This document shows, piece after piece, positions 17,679 to 27,962 of a stretch of 64,000 nt of DNA. Under the pieces are notes generated by a model. The model was not told the DNA's origin and searched no databases. It was given only the letters and a program-made list of their open reading frames with translations. The translations under genes and the position numbers were made by a program. Where the stretch lies: positions 7,984-71,983 of the forward strand of contig JBOHSH010000017.1 in the NCBI GenBank assembly GCA_050733195.1, in the 5' to 3' direction. The first letter of the stretch is position 1, and every line of letters starts with the position of its first letter. The stretch comes from Gemmatimonadales bacterium. GTDB taxonomy: Bacteria; Gemmatimonadota; Gemmatimonadetes; Gemmatimonadales; GWC2-71-9.

Positions 17679-19367
17679 TCAGGTCTCCCTCGGAAGCCCG
17701 AAGAATCCATCGGCGAGCTCCAGGCGGTCAATGGAATATCGCGCGTTCCGCTCGATCTCGCGCAGCCCGCGCTCGATGTCGGCCGGCAACGCCGCGGCGT
17801 TCGGACCCACCTTGAGCCCGGCAAACGGAGCCCCGTCCTCCTCGAGCGGCACCTTCACACCCGGATTCAGAATCCCGCGCGGATCGAACGCCTCCTTGAC
17901 CAGGCGGAACAGAGCGGTCACCTCCTCGCCGTACAGCCGCGCGAGGAGAGGCGTCCGCAGCCGGCCGTCGCCGTGCTCTCCCGTCGGCGTCCCTCCGAGC
18001 GAGAGGACGGCATCGGTCGCCTCCTGGTAGAGGGCGGCGAGCCGGCCCTCCCATCCCGGCCGGGTCGTGTCGGGAAGCAGGTTCACGTGCACATGGCCGT
18101 CGCCGGCGTGCCCGAAGAGGACGGCCGGCACGTCGTGGCGGTTGCTCGCGGTCCGGATCGCCGCCACGTAGCGGGCGAGCGCCGGCACCGGGACACAGCC
18201 ATCCTCGATCACCTGCATCGAGCGACGGCTGTTGCCGAGACCGGCCAGAATCGGGCTCGCGGCGTGGCGGATGTCCCAGAGCGCGTCCACGTCCCGGGCC
18301 TCGAGCGCGCTGGCGACTTCGACCGCGGCGGGCCGGAGGAGGGATTCGGCCGTGCGGAGCCGGGTGAGGAGCGATTCCTCGTCCTCGCCTTCGAGCTCGA
18401 GCAGCAGGATTCCGCCCTCCGCCCCGGCCGGGATCCGCTCTCCCGCCCGCTCGATCGCGGGCAAGGCGAATCGGAGAAACGTCGCGTCGAGGTACTCGAG
18501 CGCCGAGGGCTCGAGCATGAGGAGCGCGGAGACGACGGCGCCCAGCGAATCCAGGTCGCGCAGCGCGGCGCGGACTCCGGCGCGGTGGGCCGGGACGGGG
18601 GCCAGGGACCACTCGATCTCGGTCACGATGCCGAGCGTGCCTTCGGCCCCGATGAAGAGGTCGAGGAGATCGCCGGAGGCGAGCCAGGCGTCGAGCGCGT
18701 AGCCCGCGGAGTTCTTGCGCGACCGCGGGAAGGTGTCACGGATGAGCGCGGCCTGACGCCGGATGGCGGGCTCCGCCGTCCGGCGAAAGCGGTCGACCGC
18801 GGCGGTCGGAGGAGGCTCGACGCCCCGCCTCAGAGGCAGCGCATCGCCGTCGGCGGTGATCACGTCCAGCGCTTCGATCCAGGGCCGCACACTGCCATGG
18901 GCAACACTGCGCGCGCCCGAGGCGTTGGTGGAGACCAGGCCGCCCAGCGTGGCGAAGCGCGAGCTCGAGGGATCGGGAGGAAGCCTGAGCCCGTGCTCCT
19001 GGGCTTTGACCTGCAGCGCGCCGTGCGTCAGTCCTGCGCCCGTCCGGGCCCGGCGGGCTTCCACGTTCACCCGCAGGGGACAGCCGTCCAGGACGGTGAG
19101 GTCAACCACGATGCCGTCACCGACATTGCCGCCGGTCATCCCGCTGCCCGCGCCACGGGGAACCAGCGGAATCGCATGGCGCGACGCCCAGGCCACCAGC
19201 GACCGGAGCGCGCCGGTCGTGGACGGCACGACCACCGCCGCGGGCACGACGCGGTAGATCCCGGCGCCCTCGGAGTAGGCAGCCCGGGCGCGCGGGTCGG
19301 TTCGGCTGATGCCGTTGAGCGGTGGCGGAAGGACCACCCGGGTGGACGGGTCGGCGGTCACACGCAT
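17679..19367 (-). CDS. FAD-binding oxidoreductase (GlcD/D-lactate dehydrogenase-like, PCMH-type)
   Basis: FAD_binding_4-like N-terminus ([36 protein letters not shown]) and an FAD-oxidase C-terminal pattern (GEHGDGRLR). Confidence 0.85.
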   Translation of the reverse strand: MRVTADPSTRVVLPPPLNGISRTDPRARAAYSEGAGIYRVVPAAVVVPSTTGALRSLVAWASRHAIPLVPRGAGSGMTGGNVGDGIVVDLTVLDGCPLRVNVEARRARTGAGLTHGALQVKAQEHGLRLPPDPSSSRFATLGGLVSTNASGARSVAHGSVRPWIEALDVITADGDALPLRRGVEPPPTAAVDRFRRTAEPAIRRQAALIRDTFPRSRKNSAGYALDAWLASGDLLDLFIGAEGTLGIVTEIEWSLAPVPAHRAGVRAALRDLDSLGAVVSALLMLEPSALEYLDATFLRFALPAIERAGERIPAGAEGGILLLELEGEDEESLLTRLRTAESLLRPAAVEVASALEARDVDALWDIRHAASPILAGLGNSRRSMQVIEDGCVPVPALARYVAAIRTASNRHDVPAVLFGHAGDGHVHVNLLPDTTRPGWEGRLAALYQEATDAVLSLGGTPTGEHGDGRLRTPLLARLYGEEVTALFRLVKEAFDPRGILNPGVKVPLEEDGAPFAGLKVGPNAAALPADIERGLREIERNARYSIDRLELADGFFGLPRET

Positions 19368-19431
19368 GAGTCCGTGCGGACGCGGCGCCCTCGACGGGGC
19401 ATGCGCCAGGTCACGCGGGTATTATAAGGCC

Positions 19432-20256
19432 ATGCCTTCCCGTCCGGAGCGACCGGAGCTCATCCGGCTCGGCGGTGATCGTCGCCTCGGGCACGAGTGG
19501 GACGAGTGGGACGGCGGCACCCTCGAGAACAGCGGCGATTTCGACGCGCCACCCGGCCTCTTTCTTCGGTGGGCCGCCGGCTGGATCGCGATGGTCGCCG
19601 CCGCCGCCGGCGCCGTCGTCCTGCTGGTCGCTCCCAGACTGTCCCTGCTCTCGCCGCACCTTTCCGGCTGGCTGCTGACCGGCCTCGCGGCCCTCGCCGC
19701 ACTCGCTCTCCTCTGGTGGTGCACCATCGCCCTGTCGATCGCGATCGACCGGGTGCTCCTCCCCGAGCACCTGGCCGAGCGGGGGCCGCTGCTGCCGCTC
19801 ATGCGCCGGGTCTCCAACCTGGCCCGCCGGTTCGGACAGCGGGACCGGGTCGAGAACGCGGCGATCAAGGTATTCGACCGGCTGGCGCTGGCGCGAAAGC
19901 GGCGGGTGAGCGGCCGGGAGCTGCTGCTCCTCATTCCCCGCTGTCTCGCCAAGGAGATGCTCGAAGGCGTACTGGGCGTGGCCCGGCGCTACGAGGTGCC
20001 GGTCTTCGTGGCGACGCGGGGCCAGCTCGCGCGCCGGGTGATCCGGGAGCGGCGACCGAAGGCGGTGGTCGCGGTCGCCTGTGAACGGGACATGGTCACC
20101 GGCCTGCACGATGTCGCGGGTAAGGTCCCCGTGCTCGGCCTCACGCTGACGCTCCCCGATGGCCCGTGCAAGGACACGCGGCTCGACCTGGGCCGCCTCG
20201 AGGAATTCGTGCGATCCTACCTGGCTTCGGACGCCGCCGATCCCCCTCGCGGCTAG
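19432..20256 (+). CDS. DUF116-like membrane protein
   Basis: N-terminal TM helices are followed by LLLLIPRCLAKE...AVVAVACERDMVTG...PDGPCKDTRLD, recalled as the DUF116 pattern. The ATG at 19432 is preceded by TATTATAAGG only a few nt upstream. Confidence 0.55.
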   Translation: MPSRPERPELIRLGGDRRLGHEWDEWDGGTLENSGDFDAPPGLFLRWAAGWIAMVAAAAGAVVLLVAPRLSLLSPHLSGWLLTGLAALAALALLWWCTIALSIAIDRVLLPEHLAERGPLLPLMRRVSNLARRFGQRDRVENAAIKVFDRLALARKRRVSGRELLLLIPRCLAKEMLEGVLGVARRYEVPVFVATRGQLARRVIRERRPKAVVAVACERDMVTGLHDVAGKVPVLGLTLTLPDGPCKDTRLDLGRLEEFVRSYLASDAADPPRG

Positions 20257-20287
20257 TGCATCAGCGAAGGCTCGCGGAAGCCTGAAT

Positions 20288-21091
20288 TCAGGGTTGCGGC
20301 AACAGCGTGATCTGCGCCGAAATCACCCGCCAGCGACAATCGAGCCAGGCGTACGTATCGATATAGCGGGACACCCCGCGGCTGCCGTCGAGCCGCTCCC
20401 ACGGAGCGTCAGCGTCGACCTGCACCGTCGTACCGAAGACCCGAACGGTCACGTCCCGCAGGCCGAGCGAGCGGGTGGTCCGCGGTCCGTCCCGCACCAT
20501 GGCTACGAACTCGGGCCGGGTGAGCCGCCGACCGCCGCCCAGGATGACCACGAAGTCGTCAGCCAGGTGCCGACTGAACCAGGCGTGGTCGGCGGTGCGG
20601 GATGCGTCGATGTACTCCCGGTTGAGCTGTTCGACCGCTCGCCGCGCCTCGTCCGCTCCGGGCACCGTGCAGGAGCCGGTAGCGTCCGGCGACCTCGTGG
20701 CGCGGAGCGCGGCGACCGCGGCGGAGTCGAGGGACAGCACCACCGTGGTGTAGTTCTGAATCAGGGCCATCACCCGCTCGCGCGGCCCGTCCCTCCACTC
20801 CGCGCTGCCGTAGAAGGCGTCCTCCTGCCGCTGGCGCGCCGCCACGCTGGGGAAGGCGCGGACCAGATAGTAGGACGTCGTATCGTGGGCGGACGGCCCG
20901 TAGGCCACGACGTCCACGTTCCACCGCCGGAGCAGAGGAAGCGTCTGGACCACCAGCCGGTGGAATTCGTCCCGCGCACCGGGACGGACGTCGTACGACC
21001 GGATCTCGACCGTCAGGTCCTGCGCGGACAGAGGGCCCGCGAGGGCGGCGAGCACAATGACCGTAGCGGCAGGGAGCGTCAGCCCTCTCAT
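20288..21091 (-). CDS. secreted NIPSNAP-like + SnoaL/DUF4440-like two-domain protein
   Basis: Signal peptide MRGLTLPAATVIVLAALAGPLSA. The N-terminal half resembles NIPSNAP (EIRSYDVRPGARDEF...YYLVRAF). The C-terminal half resembles an NTF2-like fold (AVEQLNREYIDA...WRVISAQITLL). Confidence 0.6.
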   Translation of the reverse strand: MRGLTLPAATVIVLAALAGPLSAQDLTVEIRSYDVRPGARDEFHRLVVQTLPLLRRWNVDVVAYGPSAHDTTSYYLVRAFPSVAARQRQEDAFYGSAEWRDGPRERVMALIQNYTTVVLSLDSAAVAALRATRSPDATGSCTVPGADEARRAVEQLNREYIDASRTADHAWFSRHLADDFVVILGGGRRLTRPEFVAMVRDGPRTTRSLGLRDVTVRVFGTTVQVDADAPWERLDGSRGVSRYIDTYAWLDCRWRVISAQITLLPQP

Positions 21092-21239
21092 CGTGACGAC
21101 GACGGTAACCGTTCACCGGCTGAACTGCTGGCCGGATTCGGCCCTCGATTCGCGGTCAGTGGGGGCGGCTGCTGAAGTCCGGAATCGGCGAGCCCGTGTC
21201 GGTTCCGCTCACTAATCGTGGCGCCATGCTTCTGAGCGC

Positions 21240-22682
21240 TCAGCGCCGGTAATCGAGCGGCGGTTTGCGGTCGCCGACCCGCGACGTATACCGGAACCCG
21301 GCGAGCCGCTTCTGGAACTCCGCCCTCGCCGCCGCCAGGTGCGCCGGGTTGCTGAACAGCTCCTGTGCGGTGAGCGCCATCGCCTTCGCCGCCACCAGCA
21401 TCCCCTTCGATCCGATCGACATCCCGCCGGTCGCGACCGCCTGCCAGCTGTGTGCCGGCGTGCCGGGCACCCAGGTGGCGCCCGACATCTGCACCGTCGG
21501 TACGACCCAGCTTACGTCGCCCATGTCGGTGGAGCCGCTCGAGACGCCGGTCTCGGGCGGATACACGCGGGCCGAGGCGTCGAGCGGAGGCATCGTGCCG
21601 GAGAGGGACTTCCGGATCTCCGTGGCGAAGGCCCGCTCCTCGGGCGTGTAGGCGAAACCCCCGACCTTCTCGAGTGCGCTCTGCATCACGTCCGCCAGGA
21701 CGTCGTTGGGGAGCACGTTGTACACCGAGTTCACGAGCTCGTGCTCCACCGTCGTCCCGGTGCCGAGCGCGGCGCCCTCGGCGGCCCTGAGAATGCGGTC
21801 CCAGATTCCGTCCAGCACCCGCATGTCGCTGTGCCGGGCGTAGTAGTACACCTCGGCAAAGTCGGGGACGACGTTCGGCGCCTTGCCGCCGCTCGTGATG
21901 ATGTAGTGGATCCGGGTCTCGGCGGGGACGTGCTCCCGCATGAGGTTCACCATCGCGTTCATCGCCTCGACGCCGTCGAGCGCCGAACGGCCCGCATCTG
22001 GCGCCGCCGCCGCGTGGGCGCTCACCCCGCGGAAGCGGAACTTGGCGCTGTTGTTGGCGAGCGTGGTCGCGCGGGAGACCTGATTCAGGTCGCCGGGATG
22101 CCAGGCGACGGCGGCATCCACGTCGGAGAGCAGCCCGGCCCGGATCATGTAGATCTTCCCGCCTCCACCCTCCTCCGCCGGCGTGCCGAGGAACTTGATC
22201 GTCCCGCCGCGACCACGGGCGGCGAGCCACTCCTTCACGGCGATCGCGGCGGCGACCGAAGCCGTCCCAAAGAGATGGTGGCCGCAGCCGTGGCCGGGGC
22301 CTCCGTCCACCAGCACCTTCCGCGCCGGCACGGCGTCCTGGGAGAGTCCCGGAAGCGCGTCGTACTCGCCGATGATCGCGATGACGGGCTTGCCGCTCCC
22401 ATACGTCGCGAGGAAAGCCGTAGGGATCTCCGCCACCCCCGCGGTGACGGCGAACCCCGCGGCGCGAAGCTGCTCCTGAAGGAGCGCGCTGCTCTTCTCC
22501 TCCTGGTATCCCACTTCCGCGAAGCCCCAGATCCGTTTCGCGACGTCGCGGTAGGCCTGGGCCCGAGACTCGATCGACGCGACGACGGGGTTGGAGGCGG
22601 CGGGACGGGCCTGGGCAGAAAGGGTCACCGCCAAGGACGGAATCGCGGCGACGAGAAGGGCGGCACGGTGGATCGGTGTCAT
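21240..22682 (-). CDS. M20 family amidohydrolase (AbgB-like)
   Basis: Signal peptide, then motifs GHGCGHHLFG, GTPAEEGGGGK and FRGVSAHAAAAP. ATG is in an ATGA overlap with the upstream lipoprotein stop. Confidence 0.85.
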   Translation of the reverse strand: MTPIHRAALLVAAIPSLAVTLSAQARPAASNPVVASIESRAQAYRDVAKRIWGFAEVGYQEEKSSALLQEQLRAAGFAVTAGVAEIPTAFLATYGSGKPVIAIIGEYDALPGLSQDAVPARKVLVDGGPGHGCGHHLFGTASVAAAIAVKEWLAARGRGGTIKFLGTPAEEGGGGKIYMIRAGLLSDVDAAVAWHPGDLNQVSRATTLANNSAKFRFRGVSAHAAAAPDAGRSALDGVEAMNAMVNLMREHVPAETRIHYIITSGGKAPNVVPDFAEVYYYARHSDMRVLDGIWDRILRAAEGAALGTGTTVEHELVNSVYNVLPNDVLADVMQSALEKVGGFAYTPEERAFATEIRKSLSGTMPPLDASARVYPPETGVSSGSTDMGDVSWVVPTVQMSGATWVPGTPAHSWQAVATGGMSIGSKGMLVAAKAMALTAQELFSNPAHLAAARAEFQKRLAGFRYTSRVGDRKPPLDYRR

Positions 22683-23305
22683 GATCGGGATCGGAGGAAG
22701 AGTGCGGTGTCGCGGCGCCGTGTGGTGGTGTCGCGCTTCGCCCCGGTGGTATCGCGGCGGCCGGTGTCGGGCCTCGCGGCAGGGGGTCGGAGCGGCTGGA
22801 ACGCGCGGGCGGCGGCGGTGTCGCCGTACTGCTCGAGGAGACGCTGGAGCACGCCGTTGACCCGCCGCTGGACGGGATGATCCGGCGGGACGACGACATC
22901 CAGGTCCCGCTCGGGCCGCGACGGGTCCGCGATCGGACGGTAGACCGTCTCGACCGAGAGCTCCACGAAGCCCACCTTGGTCGGCGTGGCCCATGCGCGG
23001 ACGCGAACCACATCCGGGCCCACCGGGAGGCGCCCTGTCGGCGCGAGACTGGTCGCGTCGAACCACCCGGAATCGAGAAACCCGTCCCGGGCCTCCACCT
23101 TCACCACAGGAACACTGTCGGCCCGGAGCGCTTCGGCCAGCGTCTCGGTGGCGGCGGGCATCCCCAGCTCGACTTCGGCGAGCGCCGCGGCGGGGAGGGC
23201 GTCGTACGGGGGCCGGTTCGTGGAAGCCTGGCAGGCGGCCAGCACGATCGCGAGTGCAGCCCAGGCCGTTGACGGTTGACGGTTGACGGTTGACGGGAAG
23301 GTCAT
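22679..23305 (-). CDS. hypothetical lipoprotein with basic Thr/Arg-rich C-terminal tail
   Basis: Lipobox AIVLAAC. ATGA overlaps occur at both ends. Codons 5-14 are encoded by a 7-nt tandem repeat. Confidence 0.65.
   Translation of the reverse strand: MTFPSTVNRQPSTAWAALAIVLAACQASTNRPPYDALPAAALAEVELGMPAATETLAEALRADSVPVVKVEARDGFLDSGWFDATSLAPTGRLPVGPDVVRVRAWATPTKVGFVELSVETVYRPIADPSRPERDLDVVVPPDHPVQRRVNGVLQRLLEQYGDTAAARAFQPLRPPAARPDTGRRDTTGAKRDTTTRRRDTALFLRSRS
23268..23295. repeat. perfect heptanucleotide tandem repeat (GTTGACG) x4 inside the 5' coding region
   Basis: Read directly as gttgacg gttgacg gttgacg gttgacg. On the minus strand it encodes ...STVNRQPST... of the lipoprotein, 8 nt after its ATG. 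Confidence 0.95.
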
Positions 23306-24186
23306 TGGAGGGGCGTCGCGACCGGCGGCGTCACGCTCCAGTCATAGAACCCCTTCCCGCTCTTCCTCCCGAGCCACCCGGCGAGGACCATCCGCTTGAG
23401 GAGCGGCGGCGGAGCGAAGCGGGGCTCGCGGAACTCGTCGAACAGGATCTCCGCGACCCGGCAGGTCGTGTCGAGGCCGACGAAATCGAGCAGCGTGAGC
23501 GGGCCCATCGGGTGGCCGCAGCCGAGCTTCATGCCGAGATCGATGTCCTCGGTGCGCGCCAGGCCGTTCTCGAGCGCGCGCACGGCGTCGAGCAGGTAGG
23601 GGATCAGCAGCCGGTTGACGATGAAGCCCGCGCTGTCGCGGGCGGCCACCGGCTCCTTCCCCAGCCGGCGGACGAAGGTGGTCGCCGCGGCCAGCACTTC
23701 GGGCGCGGTGGCTACCGTCCGCACGACCTCGACCAGCGGCATCATCGGCACGGGATTGAAAAAGTGGAGGCCGAGGAACCGGTCCGGGCGGCTGGTCACC
23801 GCCGCCATCGACATGATCGACAGGCTCGAGGTGTTCGACGCGAAGATCGTCCCAGGGCCGCAGACCTCGTCCAGCGCGGTCCACTGGCGGTTCTTGAGCT
23901 CGAGGTCCTCGGTGACGGCTTCGATCACGAGGTCGGACGCCGCGAGCGCCTCGAGCCGGGTGGTGAAATCGAGGCGCGACATGGCGGCGTCCCGTTCCGC
24001 CGGACCCAGCTTGGCCTTGTCGACGAGGCGGGCGAGCGAGGCTTCGATCGCGGCGCGCCCGCGGGCGAGCAGGTCTTCATCGAGATCCCGCGCGACGACC
24101 TCGTATCCCGCCGTCGCGGCCACCTGGGCGATCCCGCTTCCCATGAGCCCCAGGCCCACGACGCCGACGGTTCGCAGCTCGCTCAT
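23302..24186 (-). CDS. hbd: 3-hydroxybutyryl-CoA (3-hydroxyacyl-CoA) dehydrogenase
   Basis: Rossmann motif VGVVGLGLMGSGIAQ, plus NTSSLSI, HFFNPVP and GFIVNRLL motifs. The product is 294 aa. Confidence 0.92.
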   Translation of the reverse strand: MSELRTVGVVGLGLMGSGIAQVAATAGYEVVARDLDEDLLARGRAAIEASLARLVDKAKLGPAERDAAMSRLDFTTRLEALAASDLVIEAVTEDLELKNRQWTALDEVCGPGTIFASNTSSLSIMSMAAVTSRPDRFLGLHFFNPVPMMPLVEVVRTVATAPEVLAAATTFVRRLGKEPVAARDSAGFIVNRLLIPYLLDAVRALENGLARTEDIDLGMKLGCGHPMGPLTLLDFVGLDTTCRVAEILFDEFREPRFAPPPLLKRMVLAGWLGRKSGKGFYDWSVTPPVATPLQ

Positions 24187-25046
24187 GGCTTCTTCGGGCG
24201 CTCGGGCGGCGGCGGCGGCTGCAGCGCCTTCCGGATCTCCCCCGCGAGAGCACCGAGGAGGCCCGAGCCCTTCAGCGGGAGCTCGTGCGCCGGCTTGACG
24301 CCCCCGCGCTCGAGGAAATCGAGGGCGCGCTCGAGGCCCAGCAGCGTGCGCTCGACCACGGGCCGGTAGCTGCGGAGGGCGAGCCACCCGATCATGCCGC
24401 CGACGAAGAGCGGCGGAATGGTCACCACCCAGAACGGGCTCAGCACCGCGGCGATGAGGGCGCCGGACGCCCCGATCGCGGCGCCCGCGAACCCGCCGCC
24501 GATCGCGGCGCCGCGCGCCTGCTTGAGCTGGGCGCTCAGGGTGACGTGACAGTAGCTCGACTCGAGTCGGGTGAACGTCGCGCTCACGATCGTGGCCCGG
24601 GAGAGCATGTGCTTGGGGTGCGAGCTGTCGAACGCGGCGGCGCCCCGGCGAAGGGCCGCCGGCATTCCGCGCAAGGGCTCCCACGTCACCCGGCCGGTCT
24701 GCTGGCGCTGGACCACCAGCAGCTCGTGCTTGTCGAACCAGGAGATGAGCGCCCGCGCGGCATCCTCCGGGTCGCCGACCACCACGCGATGGGCGCTCAC
24801 CGCGGCCGGCCCCACGAGCTGTCCGGCCAGCCCCGACTCCGCCGGGGCCACGATCTCGGTGGCCTGCTCGAGCATCGCCTGCTGGAGGTAGCGGCCGGGA
24901 ATGCCGACTTCGCGGCCAAGGGCCAGGACCTCGTCGGGCGCGAGCCCCTCCCCCACGTCCGCTTCGGCGGCCTGGAGCTCGGCCGCGCGCTGCATGATCC
25001 GCTCGAGGGCCGCGCGATCGATCCGCTTCTCGGGGAGATCCGCCAT
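24183..25046 (-). CDS. hypothetical membrane protein (soluble N-domain + Gly/Ala-rich TM region)
   Basis: Start at MADLPEKRIDRAALERIMQRAAELQ. C-terminal TM helices GAAIGGGFAGAAIGASGALIAAVLSPFWVVTIPPLFVGGMIGWLAL. ATGA overlap with hbd. Confidence 0.6.
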   Translation of the reverse strand: MADLPEKRIDRAALERIMQRAAELQAAEADVGEGLAPDEVLALGREVGIPGRYLQQAMLEQATEIVAPAESGLAGQLVGPAAVSAHRVVVGDPEDAARALISWFDKHELLVVQRQQTGRVTWEPLRGMPAALRRGAAAFDSSHPKHMLSRATIVSATFTRLESSYCHVTLSAQLKQARGAAIGGGFAGAAIGASGALIAAVLSPFWVVTIPPLFVGGMIGWLALRSYRPVVERTLLGLERALDFLERGGVKPAHELPLKGSGLLGALAGEIRKALQPPPPPERPKKP

Positions 25047-25047
25047 C

Positions 25048-25938
25048 CTAACCGGCGTTGCCCTTTCGCTCGCGCGGCGTCGCGATGGTGAGCTCCGGGA
25101 ACAGCCCGGGCTCGGGCGGCGGCAGGGCCTCGGCCCTGGCGGGCTCGGGGAGCGCCGGGGCGGGCGTCGCCTGCCCGGCGGGGGACGGGACCGTGGTCTC
25201 CCCACGGCCGAGGATGCCCTTCAGCAGCTCGATCGGAATCGGGAAGATCGTAGTCGAGTTGTTCTCCGCGGCGATCTCCGTGACCGTCTGGAGGTAGCGG
25301 AGCTGGATCGAGGCGGGCTGGCTCGAGAGCACGCGGGCGGCCTGCGCCAGCGCCTCCGACGCCTGCAGCTCGCCCTGCGCGTTGATCACCTTCGCGCGCC
25401 GCTCCCGCTCCGCTTCCGCCTGGCGCGCGATCGCCCGCTTCATTCCCTCGGGGAGGAAGACGTCCTTCACCTCGACGGCCGAGACCTCGATGCCCCAGGG
25501 GTCGGTCCGCTCGTCGATGATCTCCCGAAGCAGGGTGTTGACCTTCTTCCGGTCGCTCAGCAGATCGTCGAGCTCCACCTGCCCGAGCACCGAGAGGAGC
25601 GTGGTCTGCGCGAGCTGGCCGATCGCGTAGAGGTAGTCCTGGATCTCGATGATCGCGAGCGCCGGGTCGCGGACCCGGAAGTAGAGCACCGCGTTCACCT
25701 TGACCGAGATGTTGTCGCGGGTGATGACGTCCTGCGGAGGGATGTCCATCGCCACGATCCGAAGCGACACCCGCTTGATGTGCGCCAAGCCGAGCGGCGC
25801 GAAGATGAGCCCCGGACCCTTGGTCCCCCAGTAGCGGCCGAGAAAGAACAGCACGCCCCGCTCGTACTGGCGCAGGACCCGGAGGCTGCCGAACGAGTAG
25901 GCCATCAGGACCGCGAGCGGCCCGAGAATGAATTCCAT
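25048..25938 (-). CDS. SPFH/Band-7 (stomatin-like) protein
   Basis: N-terminal TM segment followed by an SPFH core (VLRQYERGVLFFLGRY...DIPPQDVITRDNISVKVNAVLYFRV...) and a coiled-coil EAERERRAKV. Confidence 0.9.
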   Translation of the reverse strand: MEFILGPLAVLMAYSFGSLRVLRQYERGVLFFLGRYWGTKGPGLIFAPLGLAHIKRVSLRIVAMDIPPQDVITRDNISVKVNAVLYFRVRDPALAIIEIQDYLYAIGQLAQTTLLSVLGQVELDDLLSDRKKVNTLLREIIDERTDPWGIEVSAVEVKDVFLPEGMKRAIARQAEAERERRAKVINAQGELQASEALAQAARVLSSQPASIQLRYLQTVTEIAAENNSTTIFPIPIELLKGILGRGETTVPSPAGQATPAPALPEPARAEALPPPEPGLFPELTIATPRERKGNAG

Positions 25939-25956
25939 GGGGTCCTCCTCTCCCGG

Positions 25957-27159
25957 CTAGGCCGGGAATGCCTCCACGATCACGGCGATGCCCTGCCCTC
26001 CGCCGATGCAGGCGCTGCCCAGGCCGTAGCGCTTGCCGATCCGCCGGAGGGTGTGCAGGAGGTGCACGGTGATCCGCGTGCCGCTCGCGCCCAGCGGGTG
26101 CCCGATCGCGACGGCGCCGCCTTCGGCGTTGGTGAGCTCCCGGTCGAGGCCCAGCTCCTGCTCGACGGCGAGGTACTGCGCGGCGAAGGCTTCGTTCACC
26201 TCGACCCGGTCCATCTGGGCGAGCGTGAGACCCGCCTTCTCGAGCGCGATCCGGGCGGCGGGCGCCGGCCCGATGCCCATGATCTCCGGCTCCACGCCCG
26301 CGACGCCCCAGCTCACGAGCCGTCCGATCGGTGCGAGACCCTTCCGGCCGGCCCACGCCTCCAGAGCGACGACGACGGCGGCGGCCCCGTCGCAGATTCC
26401 CGAGGCGTTCCCCGCCGTCACGACGCCGTCCTTCTTGAAGACCGGGGCGAGGCGGGCGAGCCCTTCGGCCGTGGTGTCTCCCCGCATGTGCTCGTCGGCC
26501 GCCCACGGCACCGCCTGCGTCGTCTTCCGGTCCGGCACCGGCACCGGGCAGATCTCGTCCTGCATCCAGCCGTGGTCCCACGCGGCCCTCGCCGCCTGCT
26601 GGCTGCGGAGCGCGTAGGCGTCGACGTCGTCGCGGGCGATGCCGTACCGTGCGGCGAGATTCTCCGCGGTGATGCCCATCGGGCAGCCGCAGTGCTGATC
26701 GGTGAGCCCCTGCCAGAGCAGATCCTCGAGCGCCACGTTGACGCCGAGCTTGGCCCCCCAACGAATCCCGCGCGCCACGTGCGGCGCCTGGCTCATGGAT
26801 TCCGACCCCGCGGCCAGCACCACCCGCGACTCCCCGAGCAGAATCTGCTGCGCGCCCTGCACGATCGCCTCGAAGCCCGAGCCGCAGAGCCGGTTGACCG
26901 TGAGCGCCGGCGTCGGGATGGGGCAGCCCGCCTGGAGCGCCACGTGCCGGGCGATGTACGCGCCATCCGCGGACGTCTGCATCGCGTTCCCGACGACGAC
27001 ATGGTCGACGTCCGCCGGAGCGACTCCGGCGCGCTCCATCGCCTCCCGCGCGGCGACGGCGCCGAGCCGGGTCGCGGAGAAGTCCCTGAGCGTGCCGCCG
27101 AATCCGCCGAATCCGGTGCGGACGCCGGAGAGAAACACGATGCCGTCTCGGGGGCTCAT
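25957..27159 (-). CDS. acetyl-CoA C-acetyltransferase (thiolase II)
   Basis: Motifs NRLCGSGFEA (active-site Cys), NEAFAAQ, GGAVAIGHPLGASG and CIGGGQGIA. Start at MSPRDGIVFLSG, in an ATGA overlap. Confidence 0.92.
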   Translation of the reverse strand: MSPRDGIVFLSGVRTGFGGFGGTLRDFSATRLGAVAAREAMERAGVAPADVDHVVVGNAMQTSADGAYIARHVALQAGCPIPTPALTVNRLCGSGFEAIVQGAQQILLGESRVVLAAGSESMSQAPHVARGIRWGAKLGVNVALEDLLWQGLTDQHCGCPMGITAENLAARYGIARDDVDAYALRSQQAARAAWDHGWMQDEICPVPVPDRKTTQAVPWAADEHMRGDTTAEGLARLAPVFKKDGVVTAGNASGICDGAAAVVVALEAWAGRKGLAPIGRLVSWGVAGVEPEIMGIGPAPAARIALEKAGLTLAQMDRVEVNEAFAAQYLAVEQELGLDRELTNAEGGAVAIGHPLGASGTRITVHLLHTLRRIGKRYGLGSACIGGGQGIAVIVEAFPA

Positions 27160-27962
27160 ACGAAGCGATACGGATCCTTGACCGCGGTGCCGCAGGTGAT
27201 GCAGTGGTGCCAGTCCGACTCGAGCTCGGTGTGGCACTTCGGGCAGGTGAACGGCACCACCCGCGCGCCGCACCAGGGACAGAAGATGACCTGCCGGCCG
27301 GCAGGAAGGGGCTGGCGGCAGGCGCCGCAGGCCTGAGCGCTCGCAGATGGGGCGGCCATGCGCGGGGCGGGCTCCCTCGTGGGTCTCGGAGGTGGTCCCT
27401 GAGGCGCCCTCGGCGCCGCGGGAGGACGGGGCGAAGCCACCGGCGCCGGCGGCTCCACTCTCTGCGGCCTCGGCGGAGGAGCTGGAGGGGACGGCGGCGG
27501 CGGCCGCACCGGTGCTGGCGGAGGCGCCTCGATCGGCTCCGGCGATTCGAGCTCGAGGTGCCGCTCGATGATGTCGAGATCACTGCGGGCGGCGCGCGGC
27601 GCGGCCGCGGGCACCGACTCGCCGAAGATGCGATCCAGCGCCTCCGCGCCGATCTGCACGGTGACGTCGGCGAGCTGGTCGAGCAGGGTCACGTCGGGAG
27701 CCGGGGCCGCCGCTTCGGCGCGGCAGCGCTCCGCCGCGAGCTCGGGCAGGGTCCGCGCATAGCCCCGCTCTTCCGCCACGAGCCGGAGCACGACCACGTC
27801 GTAGTCCTCGGCGCTGTCGAAGCCCAGGATGACGCGGCAGGCGCGATAGGGCACCACCTTGGACCGCAGCTCCTGGAGAGTGACCGGCCGATCGGCGCCG
27901 CCCGGTGTTTCCCGGAGGCGCTCCACCAGCACGCGTGCAAACCGCTGGAGCTGGTCGGTCAT
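27156..27962 (-). CDS. hypothetical protein with Pro-rich linker and C-terminal double zinc-ribbon
   Basis: The C-terminus CGACRQPL...FCPWCGARVVPFTCPKCHTELESDWHHCITCG carries four CxxC pairs. ATGA overlaps occur at both ends. Confidence 0.6.
   Translation of the reverse strand: MTDQLQRFARVLVERLRETPGGADRPVTLQELRSKVVPYRACRVILGFDSAEDYDVVVLRLVAEERGYARTLPELAAERCRAEAAAPAPDVTLLDQLADVTVQIGAEALDRIFGESVPAAAPRAARSDLDIIERHLELESPEPIEAPPPAPVRPPPPSPPAPPPRPQRVEPPAPVASPRPPAAPRAPQGPPPRPTREPAPRMAAPSASAQACGACRQPLPAGRQVIFCPWCGARVVPFTCPKCHTELESDWHHCITCGTAVKDPYRFV

Noticed and set aside
20257-20287. Hairpin AGGCT-cgcgga-AGCCT between the convergent DUF116-like and NIPSNAP-like genes, as a terminator
   Set aside because: The stem is only 5 bp and has no flanking T/A runs, which is too weak to call.
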